Origin: Octopus sinensis | Lineage: Eukaryota | NCBI RefSeq assembly: GCF_006345805.1 | Contig: NC_043001.1 | Location: forward strand, 5,456,001 to 5,520,000 | Direction: 5' to 3' | DNA: 64,000 bases | Part shown: piece after piece, positions 25,160-39,914 of the stretch | Layout: each line of letters starts with the position of its first letter | Numbering within the stretch: the first letter of the stretch is position 1 | Notes under the pieces: model-generated | The model's input: only the letters and a program-made list of their open reading frames with translations | The model's database searches: none | Told to the model about the DNA's origin: nothing | Made by a program: the position numbers and the translations under genes

Positions 25160-25660
25160 TGATGCAGCATCTACAACATTCTGTCATCAGATGGAGGGAG
25201 ATAGGTGTAAATGCCAAACTCGCTTCGTGAATTAGGTGTTTTCGCCGATTCTTACCTATGGTCCAGAATCTTCGGTAATAATAAGAAAAAAAGAATAGGA
25301 CCTTGAATACAAGCTGCCAAGATGATATTCCACCGAAGATTCTTTGGGATAACGTTCCAGGATATAGTGTGTAGCTTGAAGATCAAATTATCTACTTCTA
25401 CGAATTGGAAGATCATAACCTTAATAGAATGGACACTTTGGAAGAAAGCTTCGGAAAGGAATCGTGAGTCAAGATTTATAGGCAAAAACTACCAAGCAAG
25501 AGGGTTGGATAACCTCCATGATTTCGGTTGGTCATACTTGTGGATTTGTCTACATTATTTGGAAACAATTACATCTGATAAGACGTGAGGATAGGCGTGG
25601 TTAAAGGCTTTGTCCCATAACCCTCCCAGGATTAAGTTGGCATAAAAGATTAGATGAGAT
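25160..25660 (+). mobile_element. Degenerate RTE-clade LINE 3' end
   Basis: Fragmentary motifs (SPILTYGPES, IQAAKMIFHRRFFGITFQDIV, DFGWSYLWI) match the RTE C-terminus. Ends in agattagatgagat. Confidence 0.65.
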
Positions 25661-27215
25661 GGGGATCTTCCTTTGTTGTAAGTCTATCTATATCATTCGC
25701 AATTAATTCCAAATTCTGTTTCCATGTACTACGATTATTTACATTTTTTAATGTAGAGCCGAGTAAACGTTTACATAGTGTGTGCCAAGATTTTCACCTT
25801 AATCATATTGTCCTCACATCAATTTCTGGGGTATGCAATTACTCGCACTACTGCAAACTTTAGGAACATATTTACCTTGCCACTCCATAATATGTAGCAG
25901 GTATCATATTCTTCATGCTTATGTGCCTCTTCAAACATTTGTTTCAGCTACCTTTTCACGGTTTTCTCTGGTATTGTAAGAATATTATCATAATTGTTCT
26001 CAAAATATCTGCAAGAAAATCTGACTCATCACCTTTCCTATGTTAAAAATGATTAGACATTGTGGAGAGAAAGAAAGAGAGAGGGGGGACGTGGGAATAT
26101 GCAGACAGACAGAGAGTGACACGCAGTGAGCGTTACAAGTTCAGTTAAGTTAAAAGAATGTTTGTGGGGGAGGAAGGATTTATTAAATGAGAGAAAAGGG
26201 GAATGGATACTAATGGAATGTGCGAGAAAGAATGGTCAAAGGTTGAAGTATGTAAGATATTGAATAAATGTCGATGTGGATACCTTTGAAACAAGATAAG
26301 TTATACGAGAGAGAGAGAGAGAGAGAAATATTTAAATGAAAAGTGTGACAGAGAGAGATAGGGAGAGATAGAAAGAGAGAAAAAGAGAGAGAGATAGAAA
26401 GAGAGAAAAAGGGAGTGAAAAAAGAGAGAAAAAGAGAGAGAGAATTGCAAGAAAACAGTAAAGCAAGACGTTAGGAAAGGCATGTGTTAATAAGTTCATT
26501 TCCAGCAAGAATATGTTCTAAAGTCAAAGCAACAAAATGAAATAAGGAAATTGCTTTTGAAAAAATTCTTACCGTCTTCAGGAGGCACCAACAAATATTA
26601 ATCGTATGCCGTTGTCTTTCTATGGCAGAGAATATCTGCGAATGCACCGGCGACCATGTGAATTTATACTTTATTTATATTTACGAAAACGTGAATATTT
26701 TGAGATACATTCATAGAAATTGAAGAGAATATCGAGAATGTTTCATACTTTAATAGTTTACAATGACATTTTCACAACGTTCTAACTATTGCAATATTAA
26801 ATATTCAAAGATATATCAAGAAATAAAAATTACCATTCACATACGCCAGCAATATTTTTTATATATAAAACATGTGTAGAATTGGCGAATTAATTTCAAG
26901 TGTGACACAAGCAGGAAAGTGTTATGTTTTTAAATCACAAAAACATGAAGACTATTTTGCTATTTTTGTTTCTTGCAATTTTCGTTTGTTGAACTCTAAG
27001 ATTACATAAGGAATGAAGAAAAATTTGATGTTTGATTTCCTGTAATATTTTGACAGATATTCAATTATGGAAATATTATTTTTCGCCATGTACATTTATA
27101 TATGTGAATCTATGTAAGAAATATAATACTATATGAGTATGTATGAGCGTATTCGTGTCTTATGTAAATATATATACATATATATATATGTATATATATA
27201 TACATATAAATATAT

Positions 27216-27260
<45 letters not shown>

Positions 27261-27337
27261 TATATATATATATATATACGTATGTATGTATATATATATA
27301 TATATGTGTGTATGTATACACATACACACGTATATAT

Positions 27338-27371
<34 letters not shown>

Positions 27372-27372
27372 T

Positions 27373-27415
<43 letters not shown>

Positions 27416-27953
27416 AATACTTACAAGAATTATTTGTTACGTAATGAAATCTAAAACAATATAATACTTTTTTTCCGATTTGTCATGTAATATTCTTCCG
27501 AGACTTTTATAATAATGTCATTTCATTGTGACAGAATAGTTTCTTTTTATAAAACATTGGATAAATGAAGATGTAATGATGCACAACTTAGAAAAGACTC
27601 GTTTGAAATTACTGAGCACAATGTTGAAAAGAGCAATGTATTAGCATACGTCTATGCATATATATTGCGTGAGATAGAATGAAAAACAAAAGCGTAACTG
27701 GAAACAACAAATTTAGTCACTTCATTTTAAATGCATTTCAATAGAAATCATTAATATAAATTGCATGATGTCAGTCAAACACATTCCAATGCCAACTCTT
27801 CAGATGCATAACGTTACGTCGTCATATGACCGTTTTGCCATCTCAGGAAAAGTCATGCATAGAAATATTAAAATACACGAAGGTTTCTTAATCTCTTGCT
27901 TTTGTATTGAAATATGAGAATAATATATATATATATATATATATACATATATA

Positions 27954-28108
27954 TGACAGGCTTCTTTCAATTTCCGTCTGCCAAATCCACTCACAAGGCC
28001 CGAGGCTATAGTAGAAGACACTTGCCCAAGGTGCCACACAGTGGGACTGAACCTGGAACCATGTGGCTGGTAAGCAAGCTACTTACAGCACAGCCATTCC
28101 TGCGCCTA
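27954..28108 (-). mobile_element. Family A SINE, 5' half only, cut at the internal (TA)n
   Basis: Matches the head and core of 62211-62370. Confidence 0.85.
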
Positions 28109-28529
28109 TTTGTTTATTTAAAAATAAATTATAACTATTTCCATTTCATGTATAATATATATATGCTGTGCATATATATGTAAAAATATAAAAATACCAA
28201 TAATTATTAAAATATATAATATTGAGCATAGAAAGTAGAATGGTATCTTACAGCTGTTTCAATCAAGTGGTCATAGTACCCCACTTTAATTCCATCCCTT
28301 CAATGAACTGAAGTATTTGGTAGATAACATTAAGGTACTTGGGTGTTACTCTTAGCTTCGTCAGAGAGCTTAGAAAGTCAATAAGGTTAAGTTATAAATA
28401 TAAATACAAAGATATATACACAATTTTCATATACATACATATAGATAAATATACATAAATACATATCTATACGTTTATATGTATATGTATATGCATTAAA
28501 GAAATCAGTTATTGTTATTATTATTATTA

Positions 28530-28636
<107 letters not shown>

Positions 28637-28766
28637 TGATGCATTATATTATCCCTATTAGATAAAATATAAACAGAGGAAAAAAAATTTATCAAAGGAG
28701 AAATAATAGCGGAATTTAAATGAGGAATACATATACACACACACACGTATATACATACATACATAT

Positions 28767-29275
28767 GTTAGTTAGTTAGTTAGTTAATTTGGCTGAAAAG
28801 CAAATAGCAAGGCCATGTAGGGGGACATGGAGTTAAGTACAGGGTGGTGTTCATGTAAAGAGTTCAGGCCACTTGAGGTCAAGGGAGGCTTTGAACAAAG
28901 CGGTCGTCGGCATCTTCACCATCTCGTCTGGCAGCTTGTTCCACGGATCCGCAACCCGGACGGAGAAAGCTCCTCTCCTTCGATTGAGATGAAATCGTCG
29001 CAGTTAGAGCTTTTCGGAATGACCCCGCAGCCGACGCTCTGGAGCAGGAGTGAAGAACAGCTCTTTCGAGAGGTTTACACTTTCCGCTTATGATGTTGTG
29101 GGCGAGAATGAGATCACCACGGCGGCGGCGTTTTTCAAGAGAATAAATGTCGAGCGTCCTCAGCCTTTCTTCGTAGGACAAATTTTTGAGACCATGAACC
29201 ATGCGGGTAGCCAGCTTAGGGACTCTTTCGTGATGCTGTATGTCTTTGAGGAGATAAGGAGAAGAGGCTCAAAGG
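28767..29275 (-). mobile_element. CR1-like LINE 3' end with (TAAC)n tail, copy 2
   Basis: [42 protein letters not shown]...WNKLPDE is a typical CR1 C-terminus. Confidence 0.92.
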
Positions 29276-29322
29276 AAAATATGTTGCATTCACACACATA
29301 TATATATGTATATATATATATA

Positions 29323-29449
<127 letters not shown>

Positions 29450-29629
29450 TGTATGTATGTATGTATGTATATATAAATAATTCCAATAGATTTAGAGGTT
29501 GTGAATCCAACCAAATAAGGGATAATATCTATCCAATATACTGCTGGTAGAATACCCAATTATTAATACAGAAGTGCTTTTTCATTGCATGGCAATTACA
29601 AACTGAACGTAATAAAATAAAATAAAATG

Positions 29630-29664
<35 letters not shown>

Positions 29665-30333
29665 ATATGTATGTATGTATATATGTATATGAGAAAAGAG
29701 TCATTTCTATTTCATCTTTAACTTTGAGAGTTCCGAAATTAGATTTCAAATATATATTCTTCATATTAAATTGGTAGCTTACATTTGTAAGTGTTTTTTT
29801 AGATATGAAAATTATGAAAATATTTCAAGTATAAGGTGTGTTGCAAGCAATTATAGAACACTTATCCTCTATAAATTCAACAAGGAATTAAAGATGGATA
29901 AGAGATATTAATTTTTAATCCTTACATACGATCGTTTCGGATGGTAATATTAACATGTAAGAAAGATGGAAAATTAAAAATTAATTTAATTATAATTATA
30001 ATTAAATTAATTACATATTGCAGTTCTCTTCAGTGCAAAAGAAGAATAAATCGCAAAGGAAGTATCAGAAGAATAATATACTGTTACATAGATCTAGATG
30101 GTGTTAGTGTCATATAACATATTCGGATATTCATAAAATGATTATGAAAGGTGAAATATAAGAAGATGCTTCGGTAGTGTTGATTCTAGTTGTGTATGAA
30201 CTATAAATGATGCGGCTAACGGATACTTTGAAATATAAGTGAAAAAGTCTTAAGAAATATGCTCTCTATGTGAAGTTATGTAATATAGTGATATATATTC
30301 GATATAAAGCAGTTATCATAAGAAGTAAATTTG

Positions 30334-30713
30334 TTCTCTTGAAAAACGCCGCCGCCGTGGTGATCTCATTCTCGACCACAACATCATAAGCGGGAATTGT
30401 AACCTCTCGAAAGAGCTGTTCTTTACTCCTGCTCCGGAGCGTCGGCTGCGGGGTCATTCCGAAAAGCTCTACCTGCGACGATTTCATCTCAATCGAAGGA
30501 GAGGAGCTTTCTCCGTCCGGGTTGCGGATCCGTGGAACAAGCTGCCAGACGAGATGGTGAAGATGCCGACGACCGCTTTGTTCAAAGCCTCCCTGGACCT
30601 CAAGTGGCCTGAACTCTTTACATGAACACCACCATGTACTTAACTCCATGTCCCCCTACATGGCCTTGCTATTTGCTTTTGAGCCAAATTAACTAACTAA
30701 CTAACTAACTAAC
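30334..30713 (+). mobile_element. CR1-like LINE 3' end with (TAAC)n tail, copy 3
   Basis: Inverted, highly similar copy of 28767-29150. Confidence 0.92.
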
Positions 30714-31418
30714 AATATATTGGTATATATACATATACATACACACATACACACATACATATACATACATATATATGTGCATATGTATGCACGATTGTGT
30801 ATACATATAAATAAATAAACGTCCAATGGGACAGCAGAGCTATATATAAATTGTTATATGAGTTGACTGATATGAGTGCTATACAATGCAAAAAATGAAA
30901 ATAAAGTATGATGTATATTAAAAAGAAATTGTTTTTAGAAAAATTTCCAGAAATAGAAATATAAGTAGTTAGTATGATTTTATATAAGTTACTTGAAATT
31001 GGAATGACAAAAAGATTTTCGGGTTGTGAGGGTGTAATTATTAGGCTAATATAATGGGGCAGAAATACTTATCATTGGTTAAAAGCATTATATTCGTTTG
31101 TGTCAAATGAGTCTAAGAGGATGGTCTAAAATGAGGGAAGAATAGTTGTTGATATTTCAGAATTGATAGAGACAATAGTTGGTCTCAAAAAAAAGTACGG
31201 TGATAAAAGAGTTAATTTGAGAGGTTGAATAAGGTAGGAATGAAGAGAGGATAATGCTAAGGTGTCTTCCTAGAAAAGGTGTTTCGAAGAAATCCACGTT
31301 ATTGTATTTTAATGTTAACTATGTTAGATATATATTAAAAATTTACAATATGAATTGAGAATCTAGATATGGATAAAAAAGATATACGACTCTAGTCTTA
31401 TATATATGTGTATATATG

Positions 31419-31452
<34 letters not shown>

Positions 31453-31455
31453 ATA

Positions 31456-31499
<44 letters not shown>

Positions 31500-31798
31500 G
31501 TGTGTGTGTGTGTGTGATTACAGTCATATGCATATATATATATGAAATAATTTTCTAACTTATATAGCGTAGTGGTGGAAGTGGATGTTATAAAAAAGTG
31601 TCTCTATTATTGAGTGATAGGTGCGAAAAAAGGACAATAAAGATACGAGAATTTATTCAAATTTTTAAAACTCCAATATAAGAGAAGAATATCATTTAAA
31701 AATATGTATGTACATTTTATGTATACTGCTGCAGTTAAAAGAATTAGAAAACTACCACAGAAGATAAAAGAATATGTGTATATATGCATATACAAATA

Positions 31799-31866
<68 letters not shown>

Positions 31867-32683
31867 GCATAGACACATATATATATACGCACATATATAT
31901 ATATACGCACACATATATACACATACATATGCAAACACGCATTTGTATATATGTAGGTGTATACATATATATACTTTCATGTAAAATTGTTTGATAATAT
32001 GAAAAGTAATGACATACGTGTATGTATAAAATATATAAGTTATAATTGACATATGGAATATAGTGCATAATCTATTAGTTTTGTTCAACGGTGTTAATAT
32101 AATATTGAAAAGACGTTAGAAGTTTTGATAATAATTATTATGACATAGAAATAAAAGACAATATTAATACTAATAAAGAGAAAAGAATGTAGAAATATTA
32201 TAAATCTATTTATATTAATCACATAAAAGATAAATATACTATAGGTATGGGAGCCTGTGTAATTTGTGTAAGTGATTGTTCTGCACTTAGAATTTCTCTT
32301 AGTATAAGCGTATATCATCTGTAAGATTTTGGTTAATATAGTCAGATTTGTAACATAAAATCAAATTTTAACTGGGATTGCTAAAAGAGGTAGTTGTTAT
32401 AAAAACTAAATACATATTATACAGCTGGAAGAGATTGCGTATAAGAAAATAGAAAAGAATGAGGAAAATATTAAATTGTATATATAAGGGCAAAAATAGT
32501 CACCACATAAATTAAAGTGTGTTTGCGTTTATCAATGATAAAGAATAAGATGTCTTATCTAGATTGGCAATAGTTGATAATGATGGTAAAAGCAGAAGCA
32601 ATAATGTTTAGAATAGGTGACAAATGTGCGTCTAAGAACAGATTATGAAATAATAGATTACGTACGATTAATGTTTATATATA

Positions 32684-32873
32684 TATTTCTTTACTACCCA
32701 CAAGGGGATAAACACAGAGGGGACAAACAAGGACAGACAAAGGGATTAAGTCGATTACATCGACCCCAGTGCGTAACTGGTACTTAATTTATCGACCCCG
32801 AAAGGATGAAAGGCAAAGTGGACCTCGGCGGAATTTGAACTCAGAATGTAACGGCATACGAAATACCGCTAAG

Positions 32874-32878
<5 letters not shown>
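32684..32878 (-). mobile_element. Family C SINE, 5'-truncated, between TA tracts
   Basis: Reverse complement matches 44575-44767. Confidence 0.85.
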
Positions 32879-32965
<87 letters not shown>

Positions 32966-34479
32966 TATATATATATATATGTGTGTGTGTGTGTCTGTCT
33001 GTGTGTGTGTGTGTTCTCGAGTCTATAATAATTTGTGATCTAAAAAATATGAAAAAATATATATTGAGAATGAGGCGAAGGTATATGAATATTTGGTATA
33101 AGTTTTATATTAATAAAATGAGGTTTATACAATATATGGGGAGATGGTAGAATAACATATGAATAAACAAGTAGTATAAGATAATTAAAATAGAGAATAT
33201 TATAGAATAGAAATCGTATATAAATGTAGTAATAATGTAGAGAGAGTTAGTATACAAAACTCTGAATTATAAAGCGAAGTAATAAGAAGTATTTAAACAC
33301 GAGTGGAAACATTATTTAAGATTAATAAACAGTGATTTTGACATGTCTACGAGAAAACAACTTTTTCATCTCTCGAATTTACAATAAAACCGTTCATTTT
33401 CATTATTTTGTAACTATCTTCTCGGCATAATTTGTTGAGTCAACAAGAATGGGCACGGTTGGACATTTATTCTTAATCTCTACAATTGATTCCACGCAAT
33501 GAAGTTCTCCATGTTTCCAGGTACTTGAATATGTAACTCTTTCCCTGCTTTATCAGATCTAGTTGTGTTTCCTCAGGTGATGTGTAAATATTGTCTCCGT
33601 AAGTTCGAACTTCTCGGCTTCAAGAACATCATCTCCGTCTGCCATGGCCTGGATTTAATAGTAGTCACTGAGTTTATCAGTGGTGCTGTTGCAGAAAGGC
33701 CAACGACAAAGTGATTTGGATGTGTAGATGTAGTGGGACGGTGGTCCTGCTACGTGTTCTACCAATAATTCAAAGGTCCAGCATTTTCACATTCGATGTG
33801 TCACACTGAAATACTGAATGTCCCGGAGAACTATTTCAAGAGTAGTAAATGAGATTCAGAGGATAACATTTAAAGCTAAGGTATGGGTGGATAGAAAGGG
33901 GAATATTATTAGAAAATATGCGGTGGTGAGTTGCCACAGAAAAAATGTTATAGCTCTGGAGAGTAAAAAGTAAGCAACTCTTCTCTATGGAGGCGTATGG
34001 TGGGGTAGCCAGCTATAGTAGTCACTCGGAAGGCCGATTGTGGCTGGATGAAAAGTCTGTTGAGGTCGATGAATATGATTATTCTGAATTCTTCTCATAT
34101 AAATATTACAATTTAGTTTGTGCCATTCTCCATGCATTCAGTTCTCATAATTTTAGTGGTGTTTTCATGTTGTGCACTCTAAAATGTTCCGTTCCCTACA
34201 TATATGCTTCAGTATATGTATTGAATGAGAGTAAATTAGAGTGTTTTGTATGTATGTAAACGCGTAAGGGCATGTGTATATTTGTTTCCGTGTGCATCTG
34301 TCCACTTCTGTAGATGACTTTCGTCTGTTCAGGTACTACCTTGCAGTTATGAGACAATATATTCAATATTAACTTGCGTCTACCGGAATAATAAGAACCG
34401 TTGTTGTATATGAGTGTTGCATATGAGGTTATTTATACAGAGAGAAATATCAACGCGAACGCTCACACACAGATTGTTA

Positions 34480-34724
34480 GCTAGCTAGGTAGATAGATTG
34501 ATTGATTGATAGAGTGGTAGGTAATTAGACAGACAGAAATACATTTAGTCAGGTAGAAAGACAGACATATAGACTGATAGACAGATAAATAGATATACAT
34601 ATAGATAGATGGATAGATGGATAGATAGATAGATAGATAGATAAATAGAGAGATAGATAGATGGATGGATAGATAAATAGAAAGATAGATAGATTGATAC
34701 ATTAATAGATAGATAGATAAATAG

Positions 34725-34758
<34 letters not shown>

Positions 34759-34805
34759 GTAGATAGATAGATGGATGGATGGATGGATGGATGGATGGAT
34801 GGATG

Positions 34806-34888
<83 letters not shown>

Positions 34889-34890
34889 GA
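34480..34890. repeat. (GATA)n/(GGAT)n compound microsatellite
   Basis: Seen directly. Further (GATA)n tracts at 43750-43878 and 61655-61700. Confidence 0.95.
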
Positions 34891-35671
34891 TGTATCTGCA
34901 AATGAATTTCATGCAAGTTTATTTATCAGTTTGTGTTCAAACGAAATCTGTAATGCTGCGAGAAAATACTTCATTTTAATATTTACAATGTTCCCCTTCA
35001 AAAGAATTTCCTCCCTAATTGATAAGAGGGAAAGATATGAGAAAATATGAAAGACATCTTCACATATTCCAGGTCACTTTGAACATTACATCTTGAAATA
35101 GTGTTTCATCTGATTTACTGATTGAAACCAAAGATTCGTTTTATTATCTGCCGTCATTTTCAATCTTCATTTCATCCATGACAGTACTTGAAGAGTTCTC
35201 ACGTGACACTTGAATAAATGCCAATACATTTTTTGTTTCTTTTAAGTTGGTCGTCGACTGAATATACGCATCGCAAATAACCATTGTTTTTATGAAGAAA
35301 TTGCGCAACCCGATTCAACTAGTGTCTATAAGACATGGGTACCTTTCATTTGCTATGCTTATTTGTTGATTTTAATGTTTCGATATGAATATGTTATATT
35401 TATAATTTGAGGGACTAGAAATTCGAAACCTAATTCAGAGCATATTCGGCCTTTGATGGCGAATTGAGTATCAAAGAAAATATCTTGCAATTAACTCCAA
35501 GAAGTTCTATATGGCCGAAGGAAAAGAATAAAAATTTTAAACTATGTAGTAATGAAAGGAAGTGTTGATGTAGAATGTCGTTATGAAGGATGCTCTCATT
35601 TACATAAAGACGCTCAAATGAGCAGCTACATCACCATACATAGGTATCACTTGTATGTACACGTGTGTGTG

Positions 35672-35766
<95 letters not shown>

Positions 35767-35788
35767 CATAAATATATATATATACATT

Positions 35789-35820
<32 letters not shown>

Positions 35821-36725
35821 CATATATATGCATACAAAGTTGTATGTATACACATGTATATAAATGTATCTTTCTTGCATATGCATACATTTATATGATA
35901 ATATATGTGTGTGATTTTACGCGCATCAGCTTGCAAACGAGAAAGTTTCATTCTCAAACGTTGCGCAGCAAAAGGATTTCAGTGTAGTATCTCATTTATT
36001 ATCCTCCTGAAATTAGGAAACCATATTTAAATCTCTGTGATAATTCCGATAGAAATGGAAAATTCCAAGTCCTTTCTTTCGTAGAACATACGTGCGATGA
36101 ATATCAATGACCTGTATTATATGGCTGCCTATATCTTATAGGTTCTTATATATTTATGAATCGTAATTATTGCTGCCTTGGCGCAGGCGTTCCTGGGTTG
36201 TAAGAAATTTGTTTCCGAAATACATAGTTCTGGGTTCAGTCACACTCCGCAGCACCTTGGGCAAATGTTTGATTTCAACAATAACTGCGGGTTGGCCAAA
36301 TGGAACGATACACAGATCAAATATAGGGATATGAAATCAAAACGAAAAGCATAAATAATAATACAAATATTCCTAAAGTGATTCCTTTGGCTATAAACTT
36401 CTACCTTAAGGATTACGCGGACGAACAAATAATACAGACAAGGAAATAAGGTTAATAAGAAAAGAAAGAAAGAAAAGACGTAAGAAGATGATACAGAAAT
36501 AATTCATGTCTACAGATTTAGCATACATCAGGCGTTTTAAAACTTTTCTTTAAAATCCTAATTTCTCCCCCTTTCATTCGGTCAGACTTCTACCCTCTCT
36601 AACGAATGTTATGTGTCTCCAATTAGAGTTAATTTATTACAATCCAGTTTCATGGAAAGGAGAAGAGATTATGAGCAACAGTGTATAATAATTTACCCAA
36701 CATTTGTATAATCTTTATAATTATT

Positions 36726-37116
36726 TTATTCTTTTCTTTTATTCGTTTCAGTCATTAGAGTGCGACCATGCTGGAGCACCACCTTTTGTCGAACAAATCG
36801 ACGCCAGGACTTATTGTTTGTAAGCCTAGAACTTTGTAAGCCCTTTCGCCGAACCGCTAAGTTAGGGGATATAAACACACAAGCATCAATTGTGAAGTGA
36901 TTTTGGGGTGACAAACACAGACACACAAATATATGAGCACACACATGTATATATATATATATAGATACTACGGGTTTCTTTCATCTTCCGTCACCAAATC
37001 CACCCTCAAAGCTTTGGTCGGCCCGTGGCTATAGCAGAAGACACTTACTCCCGATGACACAATGGAACAATGTGGTTCTTATGCAAGCTACTAACCACAC
37101 AGCCACTCCTACGCAT
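36726..37116 (-). mobile_element. Family A SINE, diverged
   Basis: Colinear with 10379-10783. Confidence 0.8.
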
Positions 37117-37274
37117 ATAACCATTAGTAAATGTTTTCTGAATGATGTCTACAAATATTTGAGTGGATATTTAAAAATATTTTTCTACGTTTTAATTTGC
37201 AGTTGGTCGTATGTAAGACAAAATTATGCAGATGTTTAGTTTAGATTTGTTATTTATCATAGAAAACTGGTATC

Positions 37275-37470
37275 AAACTTTGGATTAAGGCAAGCAATTT
37301 CTGTAGAAGAGTTAGATGAATCCACTGCTGAAATGTTACTTATTCTGTCGACCTTAAAATGATGAAAGGAAAACTTAAAGTCGACGGAATTTCAACTCAG
37401 TAATGACGGAGAAAGCGCCGCTAATCACTTCGTGAGGTGTGCTGACAATTCTGCTACCGCACCGCATTGT
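37275..37470 (-). mobile_element. Family C SINE, strongly diverged
   Basis: aaagtcgacggaatttcaactcag and gctgacaattctgcta segments match family C. Confidence 0.6.
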
Positions 37471-38189
37471 TTACTATAGAAATATCAATAGCAATGTGCC
37501 TTCATATTCCAATGACTCACCCACCCATCTATTGAGGTATTCTTTTTCTTTCCAACCAACCTATCTCAATGTATTTTCATGCTTGTCTACTATAAATATC
37601 CGGAATTCTAATTGGTAATGTGCTCATTTCACCTACTTCCTTCTTAATTGTGCTCTTTAGTTCCATGGATGAGCAAAACTCATCCTTACACAATGGGTAA
37701 AATGCTCTACACCTCATTAAATCATACGCATTAAATGTTACTTTGCTTTAGCGAAACGCTTCAGATAAAAAAGTAGGTAACATTTCACAAAATGGCTACA
37801 CATGAATAGAAATCCAGAGAACATTTATGTAGTATATTTCAAATTGTAATTTTTGAGGTTGATTTTAAATTTCCCTTTTAACGTAATTTTTGCTATTTTC
37901 CCATCGTAAGAGAATTGCTGTTCAAAATCGCTCTATGTTAATCCCGAAATACTTACCCTCCTACACTGCGATGCTTTTAGCGTTTTGTTGTTACTCCCTC
38001 TATCTCGGTGATATGTCTGTTGATTTTAGTTTCTTCACTCAGCAACAGAAATCCGCACCTTTACTCACGGCATGTGTATTGTAGTAGTAACAATACATGT
38101 GTATAGTAGCAGTATTGTAGTAGTAACAACAGGTGGTGTTTATTATAAATATGTTAGCGTTGTATATATAAGAGACGAAGAATTATTTA

Positions 38190-38350
38190 TAATATTAACA
38201 TTTGACGGATATATGTCCTCTTCCTGTTTGTTCTTAATATTACGTTTCGGCTGATATACCCTCCAGCCTTCATTATTACTACCTGGAATCGAACTCGGAA
38301 TCTTGGGGTTAGTAGCCTGCGCTCTTTACCACTACGCTATATGCCCCTGG
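38190..38350 (-). mobile_element. tRNA-headed element (family H2) with intact A and B boxes and a hammerhead-like 3' part
   Basis: Reverse complement: ggggcata-TAGCGTAGTGG (A box)...GTTCGATTCC (B box)...atga-A-GGCTG(gagggtatat)CAGCC-GAAA-CG...CGTC. Confidence 0.75.
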
Positions 38351-38400
38351 GGAATTACGGAATGACTTTTAGGGCTTATAAATATTTTTTTTTTAAGGAA

Positions 38401-38493
38401 GGCTATATGGAATAGTGACTAAGGGCGCGGGTTACTAACCCAAGATATCCGAGTTCGATTCCAGGCAGTGACCTGAACAACAATAATAATAAT

Positions 38494-38525
<32 letters not shown>

Positions 38526-38605
38526 GTATCAGCCGAAACGTTGTGTAATCAACAAACATGATGTGGACAAATATCCGTGAAATGTAAATAAAGTAAATAA
38601 TGTAT
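38401..38605 (+). mobile_element. Second family H2 copy, head-to-head with 38190-38350
   Basis: gagttcgattccaggcagtgacctg, then (AAT)n, then tatcagccgaaacgttgtg...ggacaaatatccgt. Confidence 0.75.
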
Positions 38606-39914
38606 AAAAATGTTGTTCAAGTGCCGCCGAGGAGGAGTTTGCATCCATCTTTTAGGTGTAGATAAAATATTTAAGATTTGAGTAGTGGCTTCAAAGAATT
38701 CGTGTAGAGTTCTCCCCGTAAATACCAAGTATAATTGTCTACACAAAGTTTTAAAAAAATGACGTATGCTAAATTCAGAAACGGTTTAGTGCTTTGCTGA
38801 AGACGAAGCATCATGTGAATATGCAAGCATTACTTTGTTCCTTTCTGTTAACACCTTTTAATATTTACAGTTCATGTGAGCAGATCGGTCTCACGAAACA
38901 AATATCTATCTCCGGTTACGTCCAGTGACTATGAAAACTATGAGGTAGTATTTATTATGACATATGAACATATTTTTTTTAAGAAGAATTGTTTTGCAAT
39001 TTCAAATATACCAAACATACATGAGAGCAGTAAAAGCATTGAAAGATGTAAAGTAGGATAAAAGGAACACGTGTCTCTTTGGTGTAGAAAATTATTTCTT
39101 CCACATAAGATTTAAAAAATAAAATCGAGCTGGAATAATTCTTAGGAAGAGAAGTTTTACGAAAAAAAATATTCTTAGATTCTGAAAAACAAAGAATCAA
39201 TCCGATGTTTAAGAAATTTGAGTGAAACATCTAAGGAAGATTCTATAATCAATTCTTTGATGCTTCTTTGAGATTTTTGCGAGGAATTTTTCTTTATTTA
39301 TAAACCTTCAATGTTGCAATACATAGTTGACGTTGTAGGTTATTTTTTTTATTTTTTCCTTATTTTGTCTGTTATTATTGTATTTGTTCGTTCCTATATA
39401 ACTTTGGTATGTGTGTGTGTGTCTGTGTGTCTGTCTGTTTGTGCGCCTGTGTGTGTGTGTGTGTGTAATATTATTTACGTATATTTATATGATAATCTTA
39501 TTTGACTTATTCTGCCGTAAAAAAAACATCATATTTTGTTATTTTGTTCCGCCTCTGAACGCAGTTCACTTTTTCTCCAATGCTATTACTAACACAGGAG
39601 TATGTTTACAGCTAACTTATTCAATGATCGTTGGAGAGGAGTAAAATATAAATTAACCTTATTTCTCCTGAGCTTTTCCTCTTATAAATCTATTCATGAT
39701 AGAAGATTAGATTGTCTTATTAGAGGTTATACAGGGTTATATTATATTCTGTAGCAAGATAACCTTTTCAATGACAGTCGATGAAGATGTTGTCTTCGAC
39801 ATTATAAGTCATAGTATAAATGTAATATTGGTTTATTTGACTTCGCCTTGAAACGAAGGGTAACGAGTCTCCCTTATGTGATTGTGACTTATACTAAGGA
39901 AGGATAGATTAATT

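Noticed and set aside
26545-26590. CUGAAGA-CGGUAAG on the minus strand as a hammerhead
   Set aside because: No helix II partner or GAAA box.
33480-33800. Possible R4/Dong RT remnant (GKSYIFKYL)
   Set aside because: A single weak motif; cannot be supported.
38280-38350. Functional tRNA gene
   Set aside because: A and B boxes are present, but the acceptor stem does not pair and the sequence continues into a repeated 3' module, so it is a SINE-like head.
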